Of a stretch of DNA of 16,216 bases, positions 1-9,349 are shown piece by piece. Position 1 is the first letter of the stretch, and the number at the start of each line of letters is the position of its first letter. The notes under the pieces were generated by a model. It worked only from the letters and a program-made list of their open reading frames with translations, had not been told where the DNA came from and did not search any database. The DNA lies in contig JBGTHM010000040.1 of the NCBI GenBank assembly GCA_041746255.1, positions 1 to 16,216 of the forward strand, given 5' to 3'. The DNA is from Fibrobacteria bacterium. GTDB lineage: Bacteria > Fibrobacterota > Fibrobacteria > UBA11236. The translations under genes and the position numbers were made by a program.

Positions 1-1
1 G

Positions 2-184
2 ACGACGGACGTGACGGGCAACATCGAGCTTCCGGAAGGAGTTGAGATGGTGATGCCGGGGGACAATGTCGCCATCGGCGTGGAGCTTATCGCTCCGATT
101 GCGATGGCCAAAGACCTGCGTTTCGCTATCCGCGAGGGCGGTAAGACGGTGGGCGCCGGAGTGGTCACCGAAGTCTTGGATTAA
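2..184 (+). CDS. tuf: Elongation factor Tu, 3' partial (C-terminal 60 aa)
   Basis: Manual translation from base 2 gives [22 protein letters not shown]...[28 protein letters not shown], the EF-Tu domain 3 terminus. Stop TAA at 182-184. Not in the ORF track. Confidence 0.98.
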   Translation, partial: TTDVTGNIELPEGVEMVMPGDNVAIGVELIAPIAMAKDLRFAIREGGKTVGAGVVTEVLD

Positions 185-295
185 GTAATCCAAGGTTATT
201 ACCTGAACGAATTTTAACAATGACGGGCATTTCCGGGCTAGAGCCCGGAGTTCCCGGTTATCCGATTTAACGAAATGAATAGAGGTCGATGAATT

Positions 296-604
296 ATGGC
301 GGGAGAAAAAATTCGCATCCGTCTCAAGTCTTTTGATCACCGGATGATAGATCGCTCAGCGGGAGACATCGTCCGCACGGCTCGTAATACCGGGGCCCGC
401 GTGGTGGGTCCTATTCCCCTGCCGACAAAAAAGGTTATTTACACAGTCATCCGCTCGCCGCATGTCGACAAGCAATCGCGCGAGCAATTCGAGTCCCGAA
501 CCCATAAGCGTCTCATCGATATTCACGAATCCACGCCTCAGACCATCGATTCATTGATGAAGTTGGATTTGCCGGCGGGTGTCGAGGTGGAGATAAAGGT
601 CTGA
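296..604 (+). CDS. rpsJ: 30S ribosomal protein S10 (uS10)
   Basis: [41 protein letters not shown] motifs; SD-like GAGGT upstream. Confidence 0.99.
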   Translation: MAGEKIRIRLKSFDHRMIDRSAGDIVRTARNTGARVVGPIPLPTKKVIYTVIRSPHVDKQSREQFESRTHKRLIDIHESTPQTIDSLMKLDLPAGVEVEIKV

Positions 605-606
605 TC

Positions 607-1224
607 ATGACTGAAATAATTGGAAAAAAACTGGGTATGACGCAAGTCTTCGCGGAAGACGGCGAAGCGATTGCGGTGACGATAGTGGAGGCGCTGCCGT
701 TCACGGTCATGGCGCATCTGAGTGCTGAAGTGCATGGCGCTTCTTTAGTGCAGGTTGCATCCGGGAAAGTCAAAGAAGCCTTTGTAAACAAGCCGGAGGC
801 CGGCCAATTCAAAAAAGCCGGAATCGCTCCCGCCAAGCATATCTCGACTTTCCGTGACAAGGATGCGGCAAAGTGGGAGATTGGCAAGGAATACAACGTT
901 TCCATTTTCGAAGGTGACAAAAAGGTAACGATTATCGGAACCGGTAAGGGTAAGGGCTTTGCTGGAACGGTCAAGCGGTATAACTTCAGCCGCGGTCCCA
1001 CGACACATGGCTCCCACAATATCAGAGCTCCTGGGTCGCTTGGCGCGCATTCCTATCCGGCGCGCGTTTTCCCCGGTAAGAAACTTCCCGGCCACATGGG
1101 TGATCATCGGGTCACCACCAAAAATCTCGAAGTCATCAAGGTGGATGTGGAAAAGAATCTTCTCTATGTACGAGGTTCAATTCCAGGCGCCACAAATGGC
1201 AAAGTAATTGTGAGGAAACAGTAA
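607..1224 (+). CDS. rplC: 50S ribosomal protein L3 (uL3)
   Basis: GKKLGMTQVF, GKGKGFAGTVKRYNF, THGS, GKKLPGHMG, RGSIPG motifs; canonical position. Confidence 0.99.
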   Translation: MTEIIGKKLGMTQVFAEDGEAIAVTIVEALPFTVMAHLSAEVHGASLVQVASGKVKEAFVNKPEAGQFKKAGIAPAKHISTFRDKDAAKWEIGKEYNVSIFEGDKKVTIIGTGKGKGFAGTVKRYNFSRGPTTHGSHNIRAPGSLGAHSYPARVFPGKKLPGHMGDHRVTTKNLEVIKVDVEKNLLYVRGSIPGATNGKVIVRKQ

Positions 1225-1226
1225 TC

Positions 1227-1871
1227 ATGGCCAAAGCGAAATTATTTGCGGCCGACGGCAGCGCCAAGGGCGAGATGGATTTGCCCTCCAGCCATTTTGA
1301 GCAGGAGATTAGCGAAGCTATTATGCACCAGGCCGTGGAAGCTTTTTTAGCGAACCAACGTCAAGGAACCGCCAAGACCAAAGGCCGGAGCGAGGTAAGC
1401 GGCGGCGGCAAAAAGCCATGGAAGCAAAAAGGCACCGGTCGGGCACGCTCGGGCTCAAACACCTCCCCTATCTGGGTTCGCGGTGGTAAAGCACATGGCC
1501 CTCAACCCCGAAGCTACCATAAAGATTTGAACCGCAAAGTTCGCCGCAAAGCTTTCCTAAGCGCTTTGTCGCTCAAGGCCAGCGAAAACAGCGTGTTTGT
1601 CTTCGAAGCCTTAGGCGTCGAAACTCCGAAAACCAAATTACTTTCGGAAATTTTAAAAAAGGCTGCCTTAAGTGGTGGTAAGAACCTGATTCTTGTCAAC
1701 GAGCCCGACGGTAATCTTATCCTCGCGGCGCGTAATATTCCCGACATGTCGGTGGTTCGCGTTCAAGACGTCAACACCTACGCTTTGCTCAATGCGGCGA
1801 ACGTCATCTTTACGGATGCTGCTATCAAAGCTTTGGGCGACGCACGCGCTGTGACAGAGGTGAAAGCATGA
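1227..1871 (+). CDS. rplD: 50S ribosomal protein L4 (uL4)
   Basis: RQGTAKTKGRSEVSGGGKKPWKQKGTGRAR, GGKAHGPQPR motifs. Confidence 0.99.
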   Translation: MAKAKLFAADGSAKGEMDLPSSHFEQEISEAIMHQAVEAFLANQRQGTAKTKGRSEVSGGGKKPWKQKGTGRARSGSNTSPIWVRGGKAHGPQPRSYHKDLNRKVRRKAFLSALSLKASENSVFVFEALGVETPKTKLLSEILKKAALSGGKNLILVNEPDGNLILAARNIPDMSVVRVQDVNTYALLNAANVIFTDAAIKALGDARAVTEVKA

Positions 1872-2152
1872 AGGCAATCAAAGATATTCTTGCGCAGCCG
1901 CATATGACCGAAAAAACCACCGCCTTGCGGTTGGGAAGAAATCAATACGTATTCCAAGTTTCGACCGATGCGAACAAGGTAGAGATAAAAAAAGCAATCG
2001 AGACACGCTTCCAGGTTATAGTGGAATCGGTCAATACTATCAATCAACTGGGCAAAATCAAGCGCACGCGCGGCCAACCAGGCCGACGTTCAAGCTGGAA
2101 AAAAGCCGTGGTCCGTCTTAAAGAAGGCGACGCCATCAAGGAAATCGAATAA
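1868..2152 (+). CDS. rplW: 50S ribosomal protein L23 (uL23)
   Basis: PHMTEK, YVFQV..DANKVEIKKAIE..F.V.V.SVNT, WKKAVVRL; ATGA overlap with rplD. Confidence 0.98.
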   Translation: MKAIKDILAQPHMTEKTTALRLGRNQYVFQVSTDANKVEIKKAIETRFQVIVESVNTINQLGKIKRTRGQPGRRSSWKKAVVRLKEGDAIKEIE

Positions 2153-2170
2153 GGGATTTGGGAGAAAGTC

Positions 2171-3013
2171 ATGCCCATCAAGAAGTATAGACCGCTTACG
2201 CCGACCTTGCGGTACAAGCAGACCCTTGATTTTAAAAAGGATCTGACCACCGGAAATGAGCCGCACAAAGCCCTGACAACGGGTAAAAGTAAGGCTGCAG
2301 GCCGTAACCATGCCGGTCTCATAACTATGCGTCGTCGTGGCGGCGGTCACAAGCGAAAATTACGCTTAATCGATTTTAAGCGGGATAAAATTGGAATCGA
2401 AGCGGTAATCGAAACCGTGGAATATGATCCCAATCGATCAGCAAATATCGCGTTGGTGTGCTATTTAGATGGTGAACGACGTTATATCGTGGCTCCGGAA
2501 GGAATCAAGGTGGGCGATAGGCTCGTCAACCGCGAAGGCGCGGCGTTGGAACCGGGTAACGTGCTTCCCCTTTCAAAAATCCCGGTAAACACGATTATCC
2601 ATAATATTGAATTGAAGCCCGGAAAAGGTGGACAAATCGCCCGCTCTGCCGGGGCATCCGCAGAAATTGTCGCTCGTGAGGGTGAATATGCCCAGGTGAA
2701 AATGCCATCGGGGGAAATCCGAAGGATTCACGTGGAGTGCCGCGCCGTAATCGGTCGAGTGGGCAATGGGGATCATAATCGAGTAGTGAGTGGTTCGGCG
2801 GGCCGGTCGCGTTGGCTGGGCAAGAGACCCAAAGTTCGTGGTGTCGCCATGAATCCAGTTGACCATCCCATGGGTGGCGGTGAAGGTAAAACGTCTGGCG
2901 GAAGCCATCCTGTGTCTCCTTGGGGTAAAAAGTCCAAGGGCAAGAAGACGCGCAACAATAAGGCCACCGACAAGTTTATCGTTCGTCGCCGTCAGAACAA
3001 GAATAAAAGGTAA
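2171..3013 (+). CDS. rplB: 50S ribosomal protein L2 (uL2)
   Basis: [49 protein letters not shown] motifs. Confidence 0.99.
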   Translation: MPIKKYRPLTPTLRYKQTLDFKKDLTTGNEPHKALTTGKSKAAGRNHAGLITMRRRGGGHKRKLRLIDFKRDKIGIEAVIETVEYDPNRSANIALVCYLDGERRYIVAPEGIKVGDRLVNREGAALEPGNVLPLSKIPVNTIIHNIELKPGKGGQIARSAGASAEIVAREGEYAQVKMPSGEIRRIHVECRAVIGRVGNGDHNRVVSGSAGRSRWLGKRPKVRGVAMNPVDHPMGGGEGKTSGGSHPVSPWGKKSKGKKTRNNKATDKFIVRRRQNKNKR

Positions 3014-3024
3014 GAGGGTAACGC

Positions 3025-3297
3025 ATGGCCAGATCACTTAAAAAAGGCGCGTTTGTGGATAGCCACCTGCTCAAAAAAGTTCAGGCAGGTGACACGGGTC
3101 CGAAAAGAACCGCCATCAAGACTTGGAGCAGGCGCTCCACTATTTCCCCTGAATTCGTGGGACAGACACTCGCGGTGCATAATGGGAAGAATTTTATTCC
3201 CGTTTTCGTGAGCGAAAACATGGTCGGGCATAAACTTGGCGAATTCGCTCTCACCCGTAATTTTCGGGGACATGTAAAATCGGAAAAGGCACGCTAG
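3025..3297 (+). CDS. rpsS: 30S ribosomal protein S19 (uS19)
   Basis: [37 protein letters not shown]. Confidence 0.99.
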   Translation: MARSLKKGAFVDSHLLKKVQAGDTGPKRTAIKTWSRRSTISPEFVGQTLAVHNGKNFIPVFVSENMVGHKLGEFALTRNFRGHVKSEKAR

Positions 3298-3329
3298 GCC
3301 GGCAGTGAACGATAGAGAGGCACTTTAAA

Positions 3330-3671
3330 ATGGAAGCGTTTGCAAAATCGAAGTATCTCCACAGCTCTGCGCGGAAAATGCGCCAAGTTGCGGATCTGGT
3401 GCGCGGAAAACAAGTGGAAACGGCCCTGGAAATTCTTCATGGGCTTAAAACCACCAAGAAAAGTGCCGGCATGGTTGATAAAGCACTAAAATCCGCAGTA
3501 GCCAATTTTCAGGTATTAGCGGAAAAGAATCCAGGCCGAGGTGAATTAACCATCAAATCAATCTTGGTTGATGGTGGGCCGATGATGAAGAGAATCAGAG
3601 CGCGGGCTCAGGGCAGAGCCTTCCGCATCCAAAAGCAAATGAGTCATTTGACCGTAGTCGTTTCGGACTAG
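3330..3671 (+). CDS. rplV: 50S ribosomal protein L22 (uL22)
   Basis: [44 protein letters not shown]. Confidence 0.98.
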   Translation: MEAFAKSKYLHSSARKMRQVADLVRGKQVETALEILHGLKTTKKSAGMVDKALKSAVANFQVLAEKNPGRGELTIKSILVDGGPMMKRIRARAQGRAFRIQKQMSHLTVVVSD

Positions 3672-3685
3672 TACGGAGGTTTAAC

Positions 3686-4354
3686 TTGGGACAAAAAACC
3701 CATCCAATCGGCTTTAGGCTGGGCATTACCAAAACCTGGAATTCCAGGTGGTATGCCGAAAAAAGTTTTGCAGACCTCCTGTATGAGGATATGGTCATTC
3801 GACGCTATTTGAAGAAGCGCCTGGCTCATGCCAGCCTTTCAAGCGTCGGAATTGAGCGTACGGTCAAAGAAGTCACCATCAACATTTACACCGCTCGTCC
3901 AGGTGTTGTAATCGGTAAAAAGGGTGAAGAAGTCGAGCGCATCAAAGGCGAGCTTCAGCACTTGACCGGCAAAGATATTTACATCAACATCCGGGAAATC
4001 AAGCGTCCGGAAATCGATGCTCAGTTGGTAGCGGAAAATATCGCGCGTCAGCTCGAAAAACGCGTAGCCTTTCGTAGGGCCATGAAAAAAGCGGTATCCA
4101 GCGCCATGCGACTTGGCGCTCAGGGCATCAAGATTATGAGCAGCGGCCGGCTCGGCGGAGCCGAAATCGCCCGCACCGAAAAAACGCGCGATGGAAGCAT
4201 TCCATTGCAGACCCTGCGGGCCGATGTGGATTATGCAACCGCCCGCGCCGAAACCACCTTTGGAACCATCGGGATCAAAGTATGGATTTTCCGCGGCGAA
4301 ATCATCAAAAAAGATGAACTGAACAAGCAAAGCGACGAAAGGGTTCCGGCGTAA
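3686..4354 (+). CDS. rpsC: 30S ribosomal protein S3 (uS3), TTG start
   Basis: [57 protein letters not shown] at 3675-3680. Confidence 0.99.
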   Translation: MGQKTHPIGFRLGITKTWNSRWYAEKSFADLLYEDMVIRRYLKKRLAHASLSSVGIERTVKEVTINIYTARPGVVIGKKGEEVERIKGELQHLTGKDIYINIREIKRPEIDAQLVAENIARQLEKRVAFRRAMKKAVSSAMRLGAQGIKIMSSGRLGGAEIARTEKTRDGSIPLQTLRADVDYATARAETTFGTIGIKVWIFRGEIIKKDELNKQSDERVPA

Positions 4355-4355
4355 C

Positions 4356-4772
4356 ATGCTTAGTCCAAAGAAAGTCAAGTGGCGCAAAACCCAAAGGGGT
4401 AAGATGAAGGGTGTGGCCGGTCGAGGCACTACCCTTTCGTTCGGTGAGTTCGGAATACAGGCGCTTGAGTCGGCCTGGATTACAAATCGCCAAATCGAGG
4501 CGGCCCGTATTGCGATGACCCGAAAAATCAAGCGTGGCGGCAAAGTTTGGATACGGATATTTCCAGACAAGCCTTTCACGAAAAAGCCGGCTGAAACCCG
4601 TATGGGTTCGGGTAAAGGCAGCCCCGAAGGTTGGGTGGCGGTAGTGCGCGCCGGTCGCATCCTTTTCGAAATGGGTGGAGTAGACCGCGAACTGGCCATT
4701 GAGGCATTGCGGGTAGCTGTACAGAAGCTCCCGGTTAGAGCAAAGATTGTCGAGGTAGCAAGCCATGGTTAA
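4356..4772 (+). CDS. rplP: 50S ribosomal protein L16 (uL16)
   Basis: [45 protein letters not shown]. Confidence 0.99.
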   Translation: MLSPKKVKWRKTQRGKMKGVAGRGTTLSFGEFGIQALESAWITNRQIEAARIAMTRKIKRGGKVWIRIFPDKPFTKKPAETRMGSGKGSPEGWVAVVRAGRILFEMGGVDRELAIEALRVAVQKLPVRAKIVEVASHG

Positions 4773-4992
4773 GGGTTCGGAATTCAAGAGTATGTCCGTA
4801 GAGGACATTCAAGCCAAGGCTAGGGAATTGGAAGCGAGTTTGTTCAACTTGAAATTTCAGTCCAGTCTCGGAAAGCTGGAAAACACTTCGGAAATCCGAT
4901 TGGCTCGACGCGAATTAGCCCGGGCCAAGACCATTCTGAATGAAAAGCGGCCCGGATTTGCGGAAAAGGAATCCGAGGCCGTAAAGGCATAA
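4765..4992 (+). CDS. rpmC: 50S ribosomal protein L29 (uL29)
   Basis: LFNLKFQ...[23 protein letters not shown]; position between rplP and rpsQ; 8-nt overlap with rplP. Confidence 0.96.
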   Translation: MVKGSEFKSMSVEDIQAKARELEASLFNLKFQSSLGKLENTSEIRLARRELARAKTILNEKRPGFAEKESEAVKA

Positions 4993-5061
4993 AAGCCGAC
5001 GAGTGGAGCATAGGGCTCCGGCTGAAATCGACGGGATTATCGAGGAGCAAGGCGAAGGAAT

Positions 5062-5319
5062 ATGGAAAGAGAGACTAGTCGTAAGGTGCGTTCGGGTGTG
5101 GTTACCAGCGACAAAATGGAAAAGACCATTACGGTCGCGGTTATCAACAGAAAATCGCATCCGATTTACGGAAAGACCGTACGGTCGACCGTCAAGTTGG
5201 TCGCGCATGACGAGGAAAATACGGCTCAGGAAGGGGATACCGTGGAAATCATGGAAACCCGTCCCTTGAGCAAGCGCAAAAGATGGCGCCTTGTCAGAGT
5301 TGTTGAACGGAAGAAATAA
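5062..5319 (+). CDS. rpsQ: 30S ribosomal protein S17 (uS17)
   Basis: [46 protein letters not shown]. Confidence 0.99.
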   Translation: MERETSRKVRSGVVTSDKMEKTITVAVINRKSHPIYGKTVRSTVKLVAHDEENTAQEGDTVEIMETRPLSKRKRWRLVRVVERKK

Positions 5320-5337
5320 GCTAAAGAGAGCGGGAAA

Positions 5338-5706
5338 ATGATTCAGCAGCAGACAAATCTTAACGTGGCCGACAATTCGGGCGCCAAGCAGGTGATGTGT
5401 ATCAAGGTCCTCGGCGGTACGCGTCGAAGGTATGCCACCGTTGGCGACATTATCGTGGTTGCCGTCAAGACCGCTTCGCCAACCGGAGCGGTAAAAAAGG
5501 GCAGCGTACAGAAGGCAGTGGTTGTAAGGACGGTTAAGGAAGTAAAGCGTAAGGACGGCTCTTACATCCGGTTCGGAGACAACGCCGTGGTCATAATCAA
5601 CGATAACCGCGAGCCGAGGGGATCCCGAATATTTGGCCCGGTTGCTCGCGAATTGCGCGAGAAGCTATTCATGAAAATCGTTTCGCTTGCTCCAGAGGTG
5701 GTGTAA
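5338..5706 (+). CDS. rplN: 50S ribosomal protein L14 (uL14)
   Basis: [43 protein letters not shown]. Confidence 0.99.
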   Translation: MIQQQTNLNVADNSGAKQVMCIKVLGGTRRRYATVGDIIVVAVKTASPTGAVKKGSVQKAVVVRTVKEVKRKDGSYIRFGDNAVVIINDNREPRGSRIFGPVARELREKLFMKIVSLAPEVV

Positions 5707-5707
5707 C

Positions 5708-6028
5708 TTGGCTCTAAAATTCAAAAAGAACGACAAAGTCAAAGTCATTTCCGGCAAGGCAAAAGGTCTGGAAGGACGAATTCTTCGAGTACTACGGGAA
5801 ACCGAGCGCGTGGTTATCGAAGGCGTCAACCGGGTAAAGAAGCACATGAAGCCCAATAAGCAGAATGAGAAGGGCGGAATTGTGGACCTGGAGCAGCCGG
5901 TGCATATTTCGAATGTCATGCTCGTCAGCCCCAAAACCAATGAACCGGTCAAGGTGGTTAGGGCTCCCAAAGAAAAGGGTAAGCGCCGTGCCCGCCTAGA
6001 GAAGAAAACCGGCAATTCGATCGATTAA
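5708..6028 (+). CDS. rplX: 50S ribosomal protein L24 (uL24); start reassigned to TTG at 5708
   Basis: KKNDKVKVISGK.KG, VIEGVNRVKKH.KP, GGIV..E.PVHISNV. TTG lies 1 nt after the rplN stop with SD GAGGTG at 5695-5700; the ORF-track start at 5687 overlaps rplN. Confidence 0.96.
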   Translation: MALKFKKNDKVKVISGKAKGLEGRILRVLRETERVVIEGVNRVKKHMKPNKQNEKGGIVDLEQPVHISNVMLVSPKTNEPVKVVRAPKEKGKRRARLEKKTGNSID

Positions 6029-6055
6029 TCGCGAACGGAAAAGGTCAAAGACAGA

Positions 6056-6595
6056 ATGTCACGCTTGAAGGAAAAATACCGAACCGAAATGGTTCCCGCA
6101 CTGATGCAGGAGCTGGGGCTGAAAAATATCATGCAGGTGCCACGCCTCGAGAAGATTGTTCTCAATATGGGCGTGGGTGCTGCAACACAGAATCCGCGTA
6201 TCATCGATGAGGCGGTTAATACGCTTACGGCCATCACCGGTCAAAAGGCGATAACCACCCGGGCCAAGAAGGCAATTTCCAACTTCAAGCTTCGGGAAAA
6301 TCAGCCAATTGGGGCGAAAGTTACCCTGCATGGAGATCGCATGTGGGAGTTCGTTGAACGGCTCATTCATATCGCTTTGCCTCGCGTGAGGGATTTTCGG
6401 GGAGTTCCCCGTAAAGGATTTGACGGCCGTGGTAATTACACGATGGGTGTGAAAGAGCAAATCATCTTCTTGGAAATCAATTACGACAAAATCAGCAAAG
6501 TGTTGGGCATGGATATCACCTTCGTGACGAATGCCACGAATGACGATCAATGCAGGGCGTTGCTAACGGCACTTGGAATGCCGTTCCGGAAATAG
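6056..6595 (+). CDS. rplE: 50S ribosomal protein L5 (uL5)
   Basis: [56 protein letters not shown]. Confidence 0.99.
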   Translation: MSRLKEKYRTEMVPALMQELGLKNIMQVPRLEKIVLNMGVGAATQNPRIIDEAVNTLTAITGQKAITTRAKKAISNFKLRENQPIGAKVTLHGDRMWEFVERLIHIALPRVRDFRGVPRKGFDGRGNYTMGVKEQIIFLEINYDKISKVLGMDITFVTNATNDDQCRALLTALGMPFRK

Positions 6596-6613
6596 AAGGC
6601 GGAGAGAAGAATC

Positions 6614-6799
6614 ATGGCAAAGCGTTCGATGATCGAAAAACAGAAGAAGACCCCCAAATTTGCGGTACGTCATTATAATCGCTGCCGGCGCTGTGGACGC
6701 CCGCGTGCTTACATGCGTAGATTCGGAATGTGCCGCATATGTTTCCGGGAGCTGGCGTTGATTGGGGATATTCCGGGAATCACCAAGTCTTCGTGGTAG
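6614..6799 (+). CDS. rpsN: 30S ribosomal protein S14, short Zn-binding type (S14 type Z)
   Basis: 61 aa; RCRRCGRPR...[21 protein letters not shown], with four Cys. Confidence 0.98.
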   Translation: MAKRSMIEKQKKTPKFAVRHYNRCRRCGRPRAYMRRFGMCRICFRELALIGDIPGITKSSW

Positions 6800-6853
6800 G
6801 GTTAAAACAAGAAGTTATCAAGGTAATCGGAACTCAAGGAAAAAGAGCAAGAT

Positions 6854-7252
6854 ATGAGCGGTATTAACGATCCCATTAGCGATATGCTCACGCGTATCCG
6901 CAACGCGTCGAAGATTGGCCTGAAAGTGGTGGAAATGCCCGCGTCCAAGATTCGCCGGGAAATAGCGAAAATCCTGGTGGCGAAAAGTTACATCCGGAAA
7001 TTCGTCATCGTTGACGATGGCAAGCAGGGCGTTTTGAAGATGCTCCTTAAGTACAAGGATGGGGAGTCGTCCATTCAGGGACTGGTTCGCGTTAGTACTC
7101 CCGGCCGACGTCTTTATTCCAAGTCGGCGGTTATTCCCAGAGTGAAAAGCGGTCTGGGTATTGCCATCGTTTCCACCTCCCGCGGATTGTTGACGGATTA
7201 CGAGGCCCGTCAGCAGAAAATCGGCGGCGAAATCATTTGCAAGGTCTGGTAG
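6854..7252 (+). CDS. rpsH: 30S ribosomal protein S8 (uS8)
   Basis: DPISDMLTRIRNA, RVSTPGRRLY, GLGIAIVSTSRGLLTD..AR, GGEIICKVW. Confidence 0.99.
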   Translation: MSGINDPISDMLTRIRNASKIGLKVVEMPASKIRREIAKILVAKSYIRKFVIVDDGKQGVLKMLLKYKDGESSIQGLVRVSTPGRRLYSKSAVIPRVKSGLGIAIVSTSRGLLTDYEARQQKIGGEIICKVW

Positions 7253-7259
7253 GGTAAAC

Positions 7260-7796
7260 ATGTCTAGGGTAGGCAAAGCAGAAATCAAAATTCCGAGTGG
7301 CGTGAAGCTGAGCATTTCGGGACAAACCGTTGCGGTCGAAGGACCGAAGGGAAAGCTGTCCCATCAGATCCATAAACTCATCACCATCGAGAAAAAGGAG
7401 GAGGGCGTTTTCGTTTTGAAGCGTAATTCCGATCTTCCTTTGGACCGAGCCTTGCATGGCACCTCCCGCGCCATGGTCAACAACATGGTGGTTGGGGTCA
7501 GTCAGGGTTTCAAAAAGGAGCTCGAAATCCGGGGCGTGGGCTATCGCGGAGAACAAAAGGGCAAGGCGGTCAATCTTGTACTTGGCTTTTCGCATCCCGT
7601 ACTGTTCCAACCGCCCGCTGAAGTGAATGTGCGCATGGACGGCAATTTGAAGATCATCGTCGAAGGCATTGACTGTCAAAAAGTAGGGCAGGTCGCGGCT
7701 GAGATACGGGCTTTCCGTCCACCCGAACCTTATAAAGGAAAAGGTGTCCGTTATCTGAACGAACAAGTCATTCAGAAAGAAGTTAAGAAGACTTAA
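7260..7796 (+). CDS. rplF: 50S ribosomal protein L6 (uL6)
   Basis: MSRVGK, GPKGKL, NMVVGVSQGF.K.LE..GVGYR, LGFSHPV, RPPEPYKGKGVRY. Confidence 0.99.
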   Translation: MSRVGKAEIKIPSGVKLSISGQTVAVEGPKGKLSHQIHKLITIEKKEEGVFVLKRNSDLPLDRALHGTSRAMVNNMVVGVSQGFKKELEIRGVGYRGEQKGKAVNLVLGFSHPVLFQPPAEVNVRMDGNLKIIVEGIDCQKVGQVAAEIRAFRPPEPYKGKGVRYLNEQVIQKEVKKT

Positions 7797-7833
7797 AGCG
7801 TGAGTGCGTACTTGTCGCACCAAGGAAAAAATT

Positions 7834-8208
7834 ATGTTCGCGAATAAAGCTATCACCCGTTTAGAATCCCGCAAAGCGCGTCATGTACGTATCCGCCGGA
7901 AAGTAACCGGTACCGGGGCGATTCCTCGGCTCTGCGTGCGTCGTAGCCTCAAGAATATTTATCTGCAGCTGGTTGACGATACTACCGGTCGCTCCCTGCT
8001 GCAAATCAGCTCTTTGAGCGGCGAAGTGAAGGATGCCATTGCGGGTAAGAAAAAGGTCGAGATTTCACGGGAGATGGGCCGAATCTTTGCATTGAAGGCC
8101 AAGGAGGCCGGAGTCACCAAGGTGGTTTTTGACCGCGGCGGATATTTGTACCATGGTCGGGTTCAGGCGGTTGCCGATGCGGCACGCGAGGGTGGATTGG
8201 TATTCTAG
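7834..8208 (+). CDS. rplR: 50S ribosomal protein L18 (uL18); start reassigned to ATG at 7834
   Basis: RH.RIRRKV.GT...PRL.V.RS.KNIY.QL.DD, VVFDRGGYLYHGRV..VADAAREGGL.F; AAGGA SD upstream of 7834. Confidence 0.97.
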   Translation: MFANKAITRLESRKARHVRIRRKVTGTGAIPRLCVRRSLKNIYLQLVDDTTGRSLLQISSLSGEVKDAIAGKKKVEISREMGRIFALKAKEAGVTKVVFDRGGYLYHGRVQAVADAAREGGLVF

Positions 8209-8223
8209 GAAGAGGGTTTAGGT

Positions 8224-8703
8224 TTGGAAACTGAAAAAAAAGTCGAATTTCAGGAAAAAGTGGTTGCGATAAACCGTTGTGCCAAAGTGGTCAAAGGTGG
8301 CCGGCGCTTCAGCTTCAATTCCATCGTGGTGGTCGGTAACGGCCAAGGTCGCGTTGGTCTTGGTGCAGGAAAAGCCAATGAGGTCGCCGAAGCCATTCGT
8401 AAGGCTACGGAAAACGCGCATAAGAACGTGGTGGATGTGACTATAAAAAATCACACGTTGCCGCATGAAGTCGACGGCCGTTTCGGCGCCGCCCGCATAT
8501 TCATGCGTCCTGCGTCGCCCGGTACGGGAGTGATAGCCGGCGGTGCTGCTCGCGCCGTGCTGGAGCTTGCCGGAGTTCACGATGTCTTGACTAAAAATCT
8601 GGGCTCCACCAATCCCCACAACGTAGTCAAGGCTACCTTGCACGGGTTGACCCAGCAACGGTCGCGGAAACAATTTGAATCCCTGCGGCAAGAGGCCAAC
8701 TGA
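8224..8703 (+). CDS. rpsE: 30S ribosomal protein S5 (uS5), TTG start
   Basis: [58 protein letters not shown]. Confidence 0.99.
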   Translation: METEKKVEFQEKVVAINRCAKVVKGGRRFSFNSIVVVGNGQGRVGLGAGKANEVAEAIRKATENAHKNVVDVTIKNHTLPHEVDGRFGAARIFMRPASPGTGVIAGGAARAVLELAGVHDVLTKNLGSTNPHNVVKATLHGLTQQRSRKQFESLRQEAN

Positions 8704-8729
8704 GATTCTCGAAGTAATCGAGGAAATAT

Positions 8730-8915
8730 ATGGAAAAGCAATTGAAAATTACGCAAATACGCAGCGCCATCCGCAGGATGGATTATCAAAGATTGACGCT
8801 TGAAGCCCTGGGAATCCGCGGGTTGCACAAGAGCGTGATTAAGACGAGCAATCCGGCCTTGCAGGGAATGATTCGCAGCGTCGCTCATTTGGTGAAAGTC
8901 GAGGAAGTGAAATGA
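8730..8915 (+). CDS. rpmD: 50S ribosomal protein L30 (uL30)
   Basis: LKITQIRSAI.R...QR.TL.ALG, GMI..V.HLVKVEE; canonical position. Confidence 0.97.
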   Translation: MEKQLKITQIRSAIRRMDYQRLTLEALGIRGLHKSVIKTSNPALQGMIRSVAHLVKVEEVK

Positions 8916-9349
8916 AGTTAACCGATTTGAAACCCGCCAAAGGCTCCCATAAAAAGAGCTTCAAGGTGGGACGCGGACCCGGATCGGGCCTGGGTAAGAC
9001 TTGCGGACGTGGCCAAAAAGGCGCGGGTGCGCGCAAAAGTCCTCATAAGGGTTCCGGTTTCGAAGGTGGTCAACAGCCTTTGCAACGCCGTCTACCGAAA
9101 GTGGGTTTTCGCTCGCGTTCACCCAAGATCTACCAGATTGTGAACCTGAATCAACTGGAAAAATTTTTTAGCGGAGCTGTGACTCCCGAAGACCTGGTTC
9201 GCGTAGGCCTGGTGAAAACCGTGAATAAGCCGATTAAAATCCTGGGAGAGGGACAATTGTCCAAGGGACTTCAGGTCAAGGCCAACAAATTCAGCGCCTC
9301 TGCCCAGAAAGCCCTTGAGGCCGCGGGGGGAAGAGCCGAGGTTATTTAG
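8912..9349 (+). CDS. rplO: 50S ribosomal protein L15 (uL15)
   Basis: VGRGPGSGLGKTCGRGQKG, GFEGGQQPL.RRLPK.GF, KILG.G, FS.SA. Confidence 0.99.
   Translation: MKLTDLKPAKGSHKKSFKVGRGPGSGLGKTCGRGQKGAGARKSPHKGSGFEGGQQPLQRRLPKVGFRSRSPKIYQIVNLNQLEKFFSGAVTPEDLVRVGLVKTVNKPIKILGEGQLSKGLQVKANKFSASAQKALEAAGGRAEVI

Noticed and set aside
2150..2173. rplW and rplB are in the same frame, separated by a single TAA plus 18 nt (possible readthrough fusion)
   Set aside because: In-frame spacing happens one time in three by chance, TAA is the least leaky stop, L23 is full length, and rplB has its own GGAG SD.
5003..5269. 88-aa alternative + strand ORF overlapping rpsQ
   Set aside because: It is an out-of-frame overlap with a clear S17 gene and has no recognisable family features.
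6029..6075. E. coli-type S8 autoregulatory site at the rplX-rplE junction
   Set aside because: Only a 4-bp stem (GACA-GAA-TGTC) is visible. I cannot see the extended S8-binding helix.
7804..7820. Small hairpin GTGCG-N7-CGCAC before the rplR SD
   Set aside because: The 5-bp stem does not cover the SD and is within chance expectation.
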